In this document: one piece after another, positions 8,845-18,751 of the stretch | How positions within the stretch are numbered: position 1 is the stretch's first letter | Layout: each line of letters opens with the position of its first letter | Source: Promethearchaeota archaeon | Lineage (GTDB): Archaea > Asgardarchaeota > Thorarchaeia > Thorarchaeales > Thorarchaeaceae | Direction of reading: 5' to 3' | DNA length: 32,000 nucleotides | NCBI GenBank assembly: GCA_027031765.1 | Contig: JALVPN010000040.1 | Coordinates: 21,255 to 53,254 of the forward strand | The notes under the pieces: generated by a model | What the model saw: only the letters and a program-made list of their open reading frames with translations | What the model was told of the DNA's origin: nothing | Databases searched by the model: none | Program-made: the position numbers and the translations under genes

Positions 8845-10779
8845 ATGGACCTGTTCCCCTATACCACTCCTCGGAGGGGGCAGGAGGAGATGATGGTACA
8901 GATTGAAGACGCGGTCAGGAGAGGACAGCACATGTGTGCGGAGGCGCCAAATGGCTTCGGAAAGACATGTGTGACGCTCTGTGGAGTACTACCATGGGTG
9001 CTTGAGAACGATGGGGCAGTGCTGTACTGTGCGAGGACGCACCGACAACTGGACAGGGTGATGGAAGAACTCAGGGCAATATCGAAGGGGGCCGAGACCA
9101 CAGTAACAGGGGTCTCCTTTCGGGGCCGCAGGCACATGTGCCTGAACGAGTTTGTACTGGAGAACGCTGGGGTGGTAGCCTCGATGAGCGAGGTCTGTGG
9201 GCAGCTAAAGAGTAGTAAGAGGTGTGCATTCTATGAGAACTTGAAGAAGACTGATGTCGAGGAGGTGCTCTACAGTTCAGAGACCGGCGTGCTGACTGCA
9301 CCTGAAGTGGTTACCATTGCAAAGGAGAGAAGAACCTGTCCCTACGAGTTGGCAAAGAGGATTGCAGGACACGTACATGTAGTGGCACTGTCGTATCTGT
9401 ATGTCCTCGACCCATGGATAATGGAGGCTTTCATTCCAGAACTCGGCACCCCACTCTCTAGGACTGTTCTGGTACAGGATGAGGCACACAATGTACCGGG
9501 AACGGCACTTGAGTCGGCAAGTGACTCCTTGGGGCTAGGCACCATAAGACAGGCTATGCGTGAGGCTACAACGTACAAGGATGAGGTTTCACGGGATCTA
9601 TGCAGGGGTCTTGCAAGGGCCGTGCTCGACCTCGCGGCAAACATGGAGGACAACGATGAACAGGAGGCCGACCCGCATGCCATCTATCATATGGCAACCG
9701 ACCTTGCTGGGGTGGACGAGGACATAGACCCCCTATCACACCTGATGAACTTGGGAAAAGCCATACGACGCGGTCTCCTCCGTGCAGGGAAGTTCCCGCG
9801 CTCCTTCGTCTTCAGGGTGGCAGACTTTCTGACAAAGTGGCTCTCGTTGAGCGCACGTGACGACTTCACTTTCATATTGACATCGGCACGTCCTAGTGGG
9901 GGGACAAGACGAATCTCACTTGACCTGGTGGCGCTTGACCCGACGACAGTCACACAACCAGTACTGGGAGCTGTCCATAGTGTGGTGGCCGTTTCGGGCA
10001 CAATGTCCCCACTCAAGGCCTATAGCGAGATGATTGGGCTGCGCGAGGACTGCGTGATGTCCGTCTTTGAGAGCCCCTTTGCCAGGAAGAACCGGCTGTG
10101 CCTGATAGTTGAGGGAGTCGACACATCCTATGATGCAAGGACAAGCCAACTCTTCAGGCGGATGGCTGAGCACTGCGCGGCCGTGGCCAATGCGACACCC
10201 GGGAACACAGGGGTCTTTGCGACCAGCTACTTTGTCGCAAAGTCACTGGTCAGAGCGGGACTTGAGAAGCTTGTTTCAAAGAAGGTGTTCATGGAGCGGC
10301 AGGGCATGAAGACACACGAGAACGATGTGATGATTGAAGAGTTCAAGTCGAGGGGGCAGCATGGAGGTGCAGTGCTCCTTGGTGTCCAAGGCGGGCGCAA
10401 CTCGGAAGGGGGTGACTTTCCAGGTGCAACGATGGAAAGCGTTGTAGTCGTCGGCGTACCATATGCAAGGCCAACAGTCAGGACAAACGCGTTGATACAG
10501 TACTACAATCATCGGTTCCACGGGCGCGGCCGCGACTACGCATACGTACTACCAGCAATGACCCGCGCAGTGCAGGCTGCAGGCAGGCCCGTGAGGAAAC
10601 TCGATGACAGGGCAGTGATTGTCCTGCTTGACCAGAGGTTTGCATCACCGTACTTGAGGCGGTTCATCCCAAGATGGTTGGACGAGGTCACACATGTTGT
10701 GCCAGACGACCCGGATGAGGTGGGCCAGCTGGTCGCAGGGTTCCTATCACAGACATCCACCAATGAGAGCGTCGATTGA
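8845..10779 (+). CDS. xpd: XPD/Rad3-family Fe-S DNA helicase
   Basis: Q motif FPY..PR.GQ, EAPNGFGKT, Fe-S cysteines (HMCLN, VCGQL, RCAFY, TCPYE), DEAHN, SGTM, GRNSEGGDF, QAAGRPVR. Start 8845 (alternative 8815). Confidence 0.93.
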   Translation: MDLFPYTTPRRGQEEMMVQIEDAVRRGQHMCAEAPNGFGKTCVTLCGVLPWVLENDGAVLYCARTHRQLDRVMEELRAISKGAETTVTGVSFRGRRHMCLNEFVLENAGVVASMSEVCGQLKSSKRCAFYENLKKTDVEEVLYSSETGVLTAPEVVTIAKERRTCPYELAKRIAGHVHVVALSYLYVLDPWIMEAFIPELGTPLSRTVLVQDEAHNVPGTALESASDSLGLGTIRQAMREATTYKDEVSRDLCRGLARAVLDLAANMEDNDEQEADPHAIYHMATDLAGVDEDIDPLSHLMNLGKAIRRGLLRAGKFPRSFVFRVADFLTKWLSLSARDDFTFILTSARPSGGTRRISLDLVALDPTTVTQPVLGAVHSVVAVSGTMSPLKAYSEMIGLREDCVMSVFESPFARKNRLCLIVEGVDTSYDARTSQLFRRMAEHCAAVANATPGNTGVFATSYFVAKSLVRAGLEKLVSKKVFMERQGMKTHENDVMIEEFKSRGQHGGAVLLGVQGGRNSEGGDFPGATMESVVVVGVPYARPTVRTNALIQYYNHRFHGRGRDYAYVLPAMTRAVQAAGRPVRKLDDRAVIVLLDQRFASPYLRRFIPRWLDEVTHVVPDDPDEVGQLVAGFLSQTSTNESVD

Positions 10780-11508
10780 GAGGTCACCGTGGATAATATG
10801 CTGCGCCTCGTCGGTCGTCAGGACTCGCCGCCCCTCAGTAAGGTGGGCCACAAGCTGTTTCAGAGACTTGATATAGCCCGACTTTGAGTCCAAGTGGAGG
10901 TCATCTTCACATAGTGGCCGTCCATCACGCCCGGCAATTGCAATGGCCGAGGACTGATCAGATAGGCCCACGACCGTAGTATGGTGCTCGTCTACAAGCA
11001 GCACACATACATCATTACCAGCGCTTACTGCACGGAGGAAAAGGACAGAGTAGAGCTTGGAGCCAGTGCCAACATGAACTGCAATCTCTGCGCTGGGGAA
11101 CAGGGAATGGAGAGTGCTCAGCCACCGGTGAGCAAGACTGGCGGCGCCAGTGGGAGTGGATGCTGTGGCACTGTGAACGGAAACGCCGTCAATGACAACT
11201 GCGAGACCAAAACGCATTCCGGGGTCGACCCCAATCACAATGAGCCTCGGTGTGTGGACTCGGTGTTTCAATACCATGACACGGAGAGCAACATCTTCAT
11301 TGTCCAATGGGTCACTGACCAAGACGAGGTTGTCAGGTGACAGCCCACGGGCCTCTGACTCGGTGACCAGGACACAGTGGGCCGAAGTGACCACGGAATC
11401 GTCAGGAGCGCACAGCATGTATGGGACTCCCAAGCGCTTGAGCAGGACGACACACTGATAGCGGATGCGGGAATTGCGTGTGGCCACGACGATATCATAT
11501 CTGCTCAT
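10747..11508 (-). CDS. Conserved hypothetical protein with a YqgF/RuvC-like RNase H fold
   Basis: IGVDPGMRFGLAVV and LVDEHHTT resemble the YqgF D-x-G and VDE-x-x-S/T catalytic motifs; additional N-terminal domain. Confidence 0.6.
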   Translation of the reverse strand: MSRYDIVVATRNSRIRYQCVVLLKRLGVPYMLCAPDDSVVTSAHCVLVTESEARGLSPDNLVLVSDPLDNEDVALRVMVLKHRVHTPRLIVIGVDPGMRFGLAVVIDGVSVHSATASTPTGAASLAHRWLSTLHSLFPSAEIAVHVGTGSKLYSVLFLRAVSAGNDVCVLLVDEHHTTVVGLSDQSSAIAIAGRDGRPLCEDDLHLDSKSGYIKSLKQLVAHLTEGRRVLTTDEAQHIIHGDLSIDALIGGCL

Positions 11509-11560
11509 ATCAGCCCGTGCCTCTAGTTATGCTTATCACGCCGTTTCTGCAGGCAAGTAC

Positions 11561-12259
11561 ATGGTGAAGCTGCATTTGATTCTTCCTTCAGGGATACTCG
11601 GGTTGGATGCAATCCTTGACGGAGGACTTCATGGGGGGGAGTTCACACAGGTGTATGGCGTCGCGGCATCGGGAAAGACAACACTGGCACTGATGTTTGT
11701 TAGGAGCGCATACAGGGCAGGGCTCTCCACCATATATGTGAACACAGAGACCACACTGCCATTTGCCAGACTGGAACAAATCACAGGGGTAGAGTTCAGG
11801 GCCATGTCCGACGGGGTCAGGGTGCTTGCCCCAAGTAGCTTTGAGGAGCAGGGAATGCTAATTGACGACCTAGAAGTGATGCTGTTGCCAAGAACGGGGC
11901 TGGTTGTGGTCGACACACTCACAGGACTGTACCGGCTCGTCCTGCGTGACCGCGAAACCAACTACCTTGCCCACCGCGAGTTGAACCGACAAGCAGGCGT
12001 CCTGAAAGGACTTGCAGTACAATACAACATAGCAGTCCTTGTCCTCAACCAAGTGAGGTCGGTTCCTGATAGCCGTGAGGAGTTCGAGCCGGTCGCAAGG
12101 AACATAATGGAGTACTGGGCCGACTACACCCTCCGTTTCCGGACAGGACGTACGCCTGGTGAGAGAGTGGTGGGACTCGACCCACCGCGGCGAGGTGAGG
12201 TGCACCTTGTCCTCTCACATGAAGGCTTCATTCCAATGACTCCACTAGAGAAAGAATGA
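11561..12259 (+). CDS. radB: RadA paralogue RadB-like ATPase
   Basis: GLDAILDGG, Walker A GVAASGKT, Walker B VVVDT, VLNQVR; ATPase domain only. Start ATG 11561. Confidence 0.88.
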   Translation: MVKLHLILPSGILGLDAILDGGLHGGEFTQVYGVAASGKTTLALMFVRSAYRAGLSTIYVNTETTLPFARLEQITGVEFRAMSDGVRVLAPSSFEEQGMLIDDLEVMLLPRTGLVVVDTLTGLYRLVLRDRETNYLAHRELNRQAGVLKGLAVQYNIAVLVLNQVRSVPDSREEFEPVARNIMEYWADYTLRFRTGRTPGERVVGLDPPRRGEVHLVLSHEGFIPMTPLEKE

Positions 12260-12296
12260 AATGGGTAATGGACGCGGAGAGCTTGGAGCACGACCG

Positions 12297-12884
12297 ATGT
12301 ACGAGGGACTCGTGATAGTTGGGCTCTCGCTGTGGCTCGGACTACCAGCATGGATTGCCAACTCGACCCCGGTAGTATTTGGAGGCGGGGCCCCAATTGA
12401 TGGTGGCCGGCGCTTCTATGATGGACACCGAATCCTAGGCGACAGCAAGACGATAAGAGGGTTTGTTGCGGGCATTGTCTGTGGGACACTCGTTGGACTG
12501 GTGCAGGTCATGGCCGCACCGACTGTCAGGGAATGGCTGACAGGGTATATAACCATGACCAAGAGCGTCAGGGACATCATTGAACTCGGCTCGAGTGGGG
12601 GCAACATTGCCATGGCACTGTGTACATCCCTCCTGCTCTCGACCGGGACACTAGTCGGCGACATGCTCGGTTCATTTGTCAAACGACGAGTGGGTGTTGA
12701 GAGTGGGGGGCCATCCCCGGTACTGGACCAGATAGGCTTCATACTCATGGCACTCGTGTTTGCCTCGCCAATACTGAAACCAGACCCACTCTATCCTGCA
12801 GTACTGATAGTGCTGACGCTTATTGCCCACTGGCTCAGCAATGCAGGGAGCTATCTACTTGGGCTCAAGGAACACCCTTGGTAA
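12297..12884 (+). CDS. carS: CDP-archaeol synthase (DUF46)
   Basis: PAWIAN, GDSKTIRG, GDMLGSFVKRR, LDQIGF, C-terminal GLKEHPW. Confidence 0.95.
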   Translation: MYEGLVIVGLSLWLGLPAWIANSTPVVFGGGAPIDGGRRFYDGHRILGDSKTIRGFVAGIVCGTLVGLVQVMAAPTVREWLTGYITMTKSVRDIIELGSSGGNIAMALCTSLLLSTGTLVGDMLGSFVKRRVGVESGGPSPVLDQIGFILMALVFASPILKPDPLYPAVLIVLTLIAHWLSNAGSYLLGLKEHPW

Positions 12885-13342
12885 GAGGGGGGACAGCTGG
12901 GGCACATCCCGACAGACATAACCACCGTCCTGACCCCCACATCCACACGAGGGACAACGGCAACGAGCACACAACAGGACTCCGGCCCAACGCCAAGCAG
13001 GGTTCCATTGTGGATGCGCGGACACCGATGTGCCGGTCATATTGGATAGTGGATGTAACTAGGGACATGCCACGAGCCTTCTACATAGAGTCGGTTGGCA
13101 AGTCCGATGCCCACATCGAAGCGGCACACCCGGTCGACCAGAACACAAGCACCCCGCCATTGCAATGGAGTGTTGGCCACTACAAGACTCATTCTGGGAC
13201 CGCATTACCCCTGCAATAAGATAGAAATAAAAGGGCAGGAAATGCCCTACTCATGTTCTGCTGCACTATAGTGACAACACATAGTACGCTGGTCGGTTAG
13301 AGGGACAGATCTCCTTTCGAAAGAGTACCGGAGTTGCACACA

Positions 13343-14191
13343 ATGATGGTCAAAGACTGCATGCATGAAGACCCCGCATATGTTTCGGTACCGGGGACAC
13401 GAGAGGACGTCCTCCAAGTCATGGCAGAGAAACAGGTCAACGGACTGCCTGTTGTGAAGAAGGGGACAATGGCTCTGGTCGGCATTGTGACTCGGAGTGA
13501 CCTCCTCCGGAAGGCAGATGAGAACCAGCTTGCATTGCTGATGGTACGCGACCCGCTCACGGTAGACCCTACGACTCCAGTTGAGAGGGCAGCGCAGCTG
13601 ATGATTGACCATGGCTACAGGCGGCTCCCAGTGGTCGAGGGCGACCGACTTGTTGGGATGTTGACCGTTGCGGACATCCTCGGCGCCGTCCTTGAGAACA
13701 GTGAGGACTACAAGGATACAACCATCGAGGAGTACGTGACGAGGAGTGTGATTGCGGTATGGGAAGAAACGCCGCTCCCACTCACCTACATGATTATGGA
13801 CATGGCAGGGGCAAATGCACTGGTCGTAATCAACGAGAGCGGTGGGGTCACAGGGATGATCTCGGCAAGCGACTATATCCGGCTCTCAGAGGTGGCAATT
13901 GAGGACAGCATATCAAAGACTCATAGCGGTACTGAGTCTGCTGTCGAGTGGGGATGGTCATCAAAGGACTTCCTCGTTGTGACAAAGAAGGTACTGAAAC
14001 TCCCCAACGTCAGTGTCAAGGAAGTCATGACAAAGAAGATAATCAGTGTGAGTGAGGTCACCACGGTTCCTGAGTGTGTGAAAATACTGCGGAAGAACGA
14101 CATCGACCAGGCGCCGGTGCTGTCTGTGACGAACAACCTGATTGGCATGATCGAGGATCGCACGCTGCTGCGGCTGGCAGTGAAGCCGTAG
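13343..14191 (+). CDS. Tandem four-CBS-domain protein
   Basis: Repeated CBS signatures GLPVV/GIVTRSD, RLPVV/GMLTVAD, LVVI/GMISASD, APVL/GMIEDRT. Confidence 0.9.
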   Translation: MMVKDCMHEDPAYVSVPGTREDVLQVMAEKQVNGLPVVKKGTMALVGIVTRSDLLRKADENQLALLMVRDPLTVDPTTPVERAAQLMIDHGYRRLPVVEGDRLVGMLTVADILGAVLENSEDYKDTTIEEYVTRSVIAVWEETPLPLTYMIMDMAGANALVVINESGGVTGMISASDYIRLSEVAIEDSISKTHSGTESAVEWGWSSKDFLVVTKKVLKLPNVSVKEVMTKKIISVSEVTTVPECVKILRKNDIDQAPVLSVTNNLIGMIEDRTLLRLAVKP

Positions 14192-14348
14192 CCACAGACA
14201 ACTCTTGAAGGACGGGCCTGGGAACTGGAAACAAGACGCACCTACCACCAACATCACCGATTGTCACTCATTCCCAAGGTGACAGGGGCGTCAGACGCAC
14301 TGCAGCAGGCGGTCGGGGTCGGCATTTTGGTCAAACATGCTTGTCCGC

Positions 14349-14431
14349 AAACTTTAAAGAAGAACCGACAGCCATGCCTGTGAGTCCCCCTAGACATTAC
14401 TAGGGGAGAAACTACACGTGGTGTTTAGGAA
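14349..14431 (+). promoter_or_regulatory. Putative EF-1alpha promoter and hairpin-containing leader
   Basis: TTTAAA at about 14352-14357; hairpin CCCCTAG (14387-14393) / CTAGGGG (14400-14406); AGGA before the TTG start. Confidence 0.5.
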
Positions 14432-15736
14432 TTGAGCAAGAAGGAAAAAGAACACCTCAACCTCGTAGTCATCGGGCATGTCGACCACGGAAAGAGCACG
14501 ATGACTGGGAGGTTGCTGTACGAGACAGGTGCCGTTGACGAGAGGACATTCCAGCAACACAGGGCTGAAGCGGAGCGACTTGGGAGACCATCGTGGGCTT
14601 GGGCCTTTGCCCTGGACCGGCTGAAGGAAGAGCGCGAACGAGGGCTGACAATTGACATTGCCTTCTTCAAGTTCGAGACCAAGCGGTACTACTACACAAT
14701 CATCGACGCTCCCGGTCACAAGGACTTCATCAAGAACATGATTACGGGCGCCTCTCAAGCAGATGTGGGACTGCTCGTAGTCAGTGCAAAGAGGGGCGAG
14801 TTTGAGGCAGGCATTGGCCCTGGTGGCCAGACGAAGGAGCACGCATATCTCGCAATGACCCTCGGCGTCCCATCACTAATCGTCTGCATCAACAAGATGG
14901 ACGATGAGAGTGTCAAGTACAGTGAGGAACGCTACAAGGAAGTGAAGGAAGAGGTCGAGTCGTTCCTCAAGAGCATCGGGTACAAGACCGACAAGATCCC
15001 ATTCATCCCAACATCGGCACTCGATGCTGCCAACCTGAAGGAGCGGACACCTGACCTGACCCCCTTCTATGACGGGCCGTGTCTGCTCGAGGCGCTCGAC
15101 ATGGTGGAGCCCCCGCCAAAGCCAATCGACAAGCCACTCAGGGTGCCAATCAACGACGTGTACTCAATCAAGGGTGTTGGCACCGTGCCCGTCGGACGTG
15201 TTGAAACCGGGATCATGAAGCCGGGTATGAAGGTCACATTCATGCCACCCAACAAGACGGGTGAGGTCAAGTCGATTGAGATGCACCACGAACAGCTTGA
15301 CCAGGCAATCCCAGGTGACAACATCGGGTTCAACGTGCGGGGCATCGAGCGGAAAGACCTTGGCCGAGGGGATGTTGCTGGCCCGGCGGACGCACCGCCA
15401 ACAGTGGCTGCAGACTTCACGGGTCAGATAATGGTAATCCAACACCCAACGGCAATCACAGTGGGGTACACCCCTGTTGTCCACGCACACACTGCGCAGG
15501 TCGCTTGCAGGTTCGAACAGATCCTCCAGAAACTCGACCAGCGTACAGGACAGGTCATCCAGGAGAACCCGGACTTTGTCAAGAGGGGCGAGTCCATGAT
15601 TGCAAAACTTGTCCCACTCAAACCGATGTGCGTCGAGCCGTACAAGAAAATCCCACAGCTTGGCAGGTTCGCAGTCCGGGACATGGGGATGACTGTTGCA
15701 GTTGGGATAGTCCAGAAGGTAACCCCAAAGAAGTAG
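14432..15736 (+). CDS. tuf: Translation elongation factor EF-1alpha
   Basis: [39 protein letters not shown]; TTG start. Confidence 0.98.
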   Translation: MSKKEKEHLNLVVIGHVDHGKSTMTGRLLYETGAVDERTFQQHRAEAERLGRPSWAWAFALDRLKEERERGLTIDIAFFKFETKRYYYTIIDAPGHKDFIKNMITGASQADVGLLVVSAKRGEFEAGIGPGGQTKEHAYLAMTLGVPSLIVCINKMDDESVKYSEERYKEVKEEVESFLKSIGYKTDKIPFIPTSALDAANLKERTPDLTPFYDGPCLLEALDMVEPPPKPIDKPLRVPINDVYSIKGVGTVPVGRVETGIMKPGMKVTFMPPNKTGEVKSIEMHHEQLDQAIPGDNIGFNVRGIERKDLGRGDVAGPADAPPTVAADFTGQIMVIQHPTAITVGYTPVVHAHTAQVACRFEQILQKLDQRTGQVIQENPDFVKRGESMIAKLVPLKPMCVEPYKKIPQLGRFAVRDMGMTVAVGIVQKVTPKK

Positions 15737-15751
15737 GACATGAAGGAGGTA

Positions 15752-15792
15752 CCGGGCCGCAGAGCGGGCCCGGGCCCAACTCTTTCTTTTTC
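15752..15792 (+). terminator. Hairpin plus U-tract after EF-1alpha
   Basis: CCGGGC/GCCCGG stem with CGC/GCG inner pairs, followed by TCTTTCTTTTTT. Confidence 0.6.
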
Positions 15793-15875
15793 GCATACTG
15801 AAGGCATGACATGGCCAAGAACTGCTGTGCAGCCCAACTGGAAACTGGGCCGGCGTCGCAGTGGGAGGCACACCA

Positions 15876-16349
15876 ATGGAACATGACATCATGACGGATG
15901 GGCGACAGAGAGCAGTGCGCGTCCTGAAGACAATAGTCGTAGGGCTGGGAGTGGCCGGAGCCGGTGTGTTGATGTTGATTGAGGCAGCCAGCATGGAGGG
16001 GCCACTGAGTGCACTGGGACTCATTGACCTCTCAGTCTATGTTTCAGTGCTGGCGCTTGGCATGTACTATGTGTTGACCACTGGCTGCAGTAGGGATGAT
16101 CCTAGGATAGGAGATGTAGCCGCACCCACCAGCACAGCACCAGGTCACGGAAACATGGCAGCCGACAGGGATGAGGCGGTCCTATCAGCCATGTCACGAC
16201 ATGCCCTGCGTGCAGAGAGGGGCGTGCAGGACGGTACGTACCTGTGCCCAGAGTGTGAAATGTTGTTCAACCTGTCAGGCGCCCAGCCAGTTGAGGAGTA
16301 TGTCGTACTGTGCCCATTCTGTGGAGTGAGGCTGTACGTAGAGAAGTGA
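15876..16349 (+). CDS. Membrane protein (2 TM) with a C-terminal Zn ribbon
   Basis: Two hydrophobic segments, then CPEC-x16-CPFC; start uncertain (15876 or 15891). Confidence 0.7.
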   Translation: MEHDIMTDGRQRAVRVLKTIVVGLGVAGAGVLMLIEAASMEGPLSALGLIDLSVYVSVLALGMYYVLTTGCSRDDPRIGDVAAPTSTAPGHGNMAADRDEAVLSAMSRHALRAERGVQDGTYLCPECEMLFNLSGAQPVEEYVVLCPFCGVRLYVEK

Positions 16350-16578
16350 CAGGAAAAGGAGTGGGTGGCGCCGGGAGAGGGAACCCCAGACCCCATGGAC
16401 ATCATAGGGTCTTTTGAACCCTCGCGTGCTAAGCACACCAACTTAGCAGGCTGGCTCCCTACCAGGCTAGGACATCCCGGCATCAACGGCTGCCTGCGGC
16501 CATCTTCACTTAAACATTGTTGTCCATCTGACCGTGGTACTGAGCAACAGCAGCCTAGGGTCACATACGTGGATGGAG

Positions 16579-16893
16579 TGCAACGGCCCCGCCGCTTCGA
16601 ACGTCCCTTCCCACTGTGCGGTCCACCGCCTTTCTCAAGGCAGCGCCCTCCGGGGCTCCACCGCCCCGCCTTAGGGCTGCTCCCGCCAGGGCCTGGCCCG
16701 GTTCGGCGGCCTAGTCCACTCACACCAGTCCTTCGACTGGTGCTGTGACTGCGGCAGACTCCGGAGACTGCCTCTCACAGTCCAGCGGCAGGGCACATGT
16801 GAGTCGGGGTTCGTCCTCAGCTTTGGTTACTGGTCCCGGCTATTGCCATACCGGTTACAGGTCGCGGCAAACGACCCGACCCTACCCGTTGCA
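16579..16893 (-). ncRNA. ffs: Signal recognition particle RNA (archaeal 7S type, about 315 nt)
   Basis: Ends pair (UGCAACGG/CCGUUGCA). Alu domain: GGUCG-UUUGCCG-CGACC, UGUAA, CCGG-UAUGGCAAUAG-CCGG with loop-loop UUGCC/GGCAA. Long helix 5. Helix 6 GCACCAGUC-GAAG-GACUGGUGU. Helix 8 CCGCC GAACC GGGC CAGG CCC [UGGC] GGG AGCA GCCC UAA GGCGG. Confidence 0.95.
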
Positions 16894-16912
16894 AGACCGA
16901 CTCCGGATGACT

Positions 16913-16922
16913 TGAATTAAAG
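16913..16922 (-). promoter_or_regulatory. TATA box of the SRP RNA gene
   Basis: TTTAATT at 16921-16915, 22-28 nt upstream of the predicted 5' end. Confidence 0.65.
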
Positions 16923-16954
16923 CTTGCGTTGGGCGGGTGCCAGGCCCACATCCA

Positions 16955-18751
16955 CTATACGAATGCTCCGGCAGCCCGCTTAATCTCGACAATCTCCTCA
17001 AGGACGTCGAGCTCGGCTTGGGACAAATCGTCGGCGAACTTCGTGCGTATAGCAATGACGTGCTTGTCGGGCATATCCGTATAGAGGACATCGTCCTCTT
17101 TCACTTGACGACCGATTGTCGGCCCCCGGATTGAGATTGCAACCTCCATGCCTTCGGTCGCCTCGTCAATAGGCACATTTCTGTCCTGGATTTGGAGGAT
17201 GGTGCCAATGCGGCGCCCCTCCCGGTTGATCAGGCCGACCTTGGGACGGATCACACCATGCACACGGACTCCGACGACAGCAGGATTGTTCCTCCGAAAG
17301 ATATACTCCCGCAATATCTCGACCTTGCCCGGTCGGATGATAGAGGCAAGGGACTCTGCCTTTGCCTGCTCCCGCTTCACAATCAACCAAGCGTAGTAGT
17401 CGTCATAGAGGCGATAGATGACATCATTGAGGAATATCTCGACACCATATTCGGCTGCTAGGTCTTCAATCTCTGGTGCAACCTTGACGTTGAAGCCGAG
17501 TACTACTGCATTCAAGGGGTCTGTGTCGCCGGCGGCCTTTGCTTCGAGGATGTCACGCCTTACAATCGGGCCGACATCAGCTACACGGACAGGGACATTC
17601 CGGTCGCGGAGGAACTGCGTCACCGCTTCGAGCGAGCCGAGCGTATCGGTCTTCAGGACTATGCCCGATGAGTCTCGCTGAATCCGGATTTCACCCACTT
17701 CCTGACGTACCTTGGCCTTTATTTCATCGAGCTGTGACATGTCACTCACTGCATATACAGGGGCACCAGCCACAACACCGGTAACATCGGGGGCAACTAT
17801 CTTCACGCCAGCCGCAGCATGCACTTCGGGGACTGGGACGAACTTCTCGCGGGGGTCGCGGATTTCATCCAGCGCCTTTGGTAATAGCAACGCACGAATT
17901 TTGGCAACGATTACGTCGTCCAGCCCACCGACCACAATTGTGTCCGACTTGCGCAGCACCCCCTCGTATATGATTGTGTCCAGCGTAATCCCGAGACCGG
18001 TTTCTTCCCGGACTTCAAGGACTGCACCACATGCCGGCCCGTCGGAAACACGTAGGCGTTCCTTCATGTACTGTTGTGTCAGACCCGTCAGCACCATCAA
18101 CAGTTCGGGAATCCCCTCACCGGTCTTGGCGCTGGTAGGGACAATTGCGACCTCTCTTGTAAAGTCGCGTACGCGGTCAAAACGTTCTGACTGAATTCCG
18201 TTGGCAGAGAGAGCACCGACAATCTCATAGATTCTCCTGTCCAGTTCGGCCTGTGTACTGGTGCCCTGACTGCGGAGTGCCTGTGCAAGTGGGATTCCAG
18301 GCTTCGGCCTCCAACCAGGCACCTTGTCGAGCTTGTTGGCAGCCACTAGGAACGGTGTCCGTCCTGACCGGAGAATCTTCAGGGACTCGTAGGTCTGAGT
18401 CAGCGGCCCCTCATTGATATCGACGACTAGGATTGCAATGTCAGCAATGGCACCCCCCCGTTTCCGTAGGTTGAGGTATGCCTCATGGCCTGGTGTGTCA
18501 ATGAAGAGGAGGCCATCAATTGTGAGGCCAGCACGGACATCATCGAGTAGTGAGCCACAGATGTTGCGGATGGTTTCAGTGGGGAAAAAGGACGCGCCGA
18601 TATGCTGAGTAATGCCAGCAGCCTCGCGCGCTTGAACAGCGGTGCCGCGCATCTTGTCTAGGAGGGATGTCTTACCATGGTCAATGTGGCCCAACACAGT
18701 GACGATTGGAGAACGTAGCCGGACTTTCTTCCCATTACCAGACCCGGTCAT
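16955..18751 (-). CDS. infB: Translation initiation factor aIF5B (IF-2)
   Basis: RSPIVTVLGHIDHGKTS, GITQHIG, DTPGHE, NKLD, GSLEA. Confidence 0.98.
   Translation of the reverse strand: MTGSGNGKKVRLRSPIVTVLGHIDHGKTSLLDKMRGTAVQAREAAGITQHIGASFFPTETIRNICGSLLDDVRAGLTIDGLLFIDTPGHEAYLNLRKRGGAIADIAILVVDINEGPLTQTYESLKILRSGRTPFLVAANKLDKVPGWRPKPGIPLAQALRSQGTSTQAELDRRIYEIVGALSANGIQSERFDRVRDFTREVAIVPTSAKTGEGIPELLMVLTGLTQQYMKERLRVSDGPACGAVLEVREETGLGITLDTIIYEGVLRKSDTIVVGGLDDVIVAKIRALLLPKALDEIRDPREKFVPVPEVHAAAGVKIVAPDVTGVVAGAPVYAVSDMSQLDEIKAKVRQEVGEIRIQRDSSGIVLKTDTLGSLEAVTQFLRDRNVPVRVADVGPIVRRDILEAKAAGDTDPLNAVVLGFNVKVAPEIEDLAAEYGVEIFLNDVIYRLYDDYYAWLIVKREQAKAESLASIIRPGKVEILREYIFRRNNPAVVGVRVHGVIRPKVGLINREGRRIGTILQIQDRNVPIDEATEGMEVAISIRGPTIGRQVKEDDVLYTDMPDKHVIAIRTKFADDLSQAELDVLEEIVEIKRAAGAFV

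Noticed and set aside
12865-13219. ORFs 12878..13219 (+) and 12865..13068 (-), or a UGA-readthrough ORF
   Set aside because: No motifs, atypical composition, and no SECIS seen.
16145-16748. ORFs 16365..16748 (+) and 16145..16723 (-)
   Set aside because: They overlap the GC-rich SRP RNA; Pro/Arg/Gly-rich with no recognisable motifs.
16620-16790. Apparent extra helices in SRP RNA flanking helices 6 and 8
   Set aside because: The two segments pair better with each other (GAGGCAG/CUGCCUU, UCUCCGG/CCGGAGG, UCUGCCGC/GCGGUGGA) as the normal distal helix 5.
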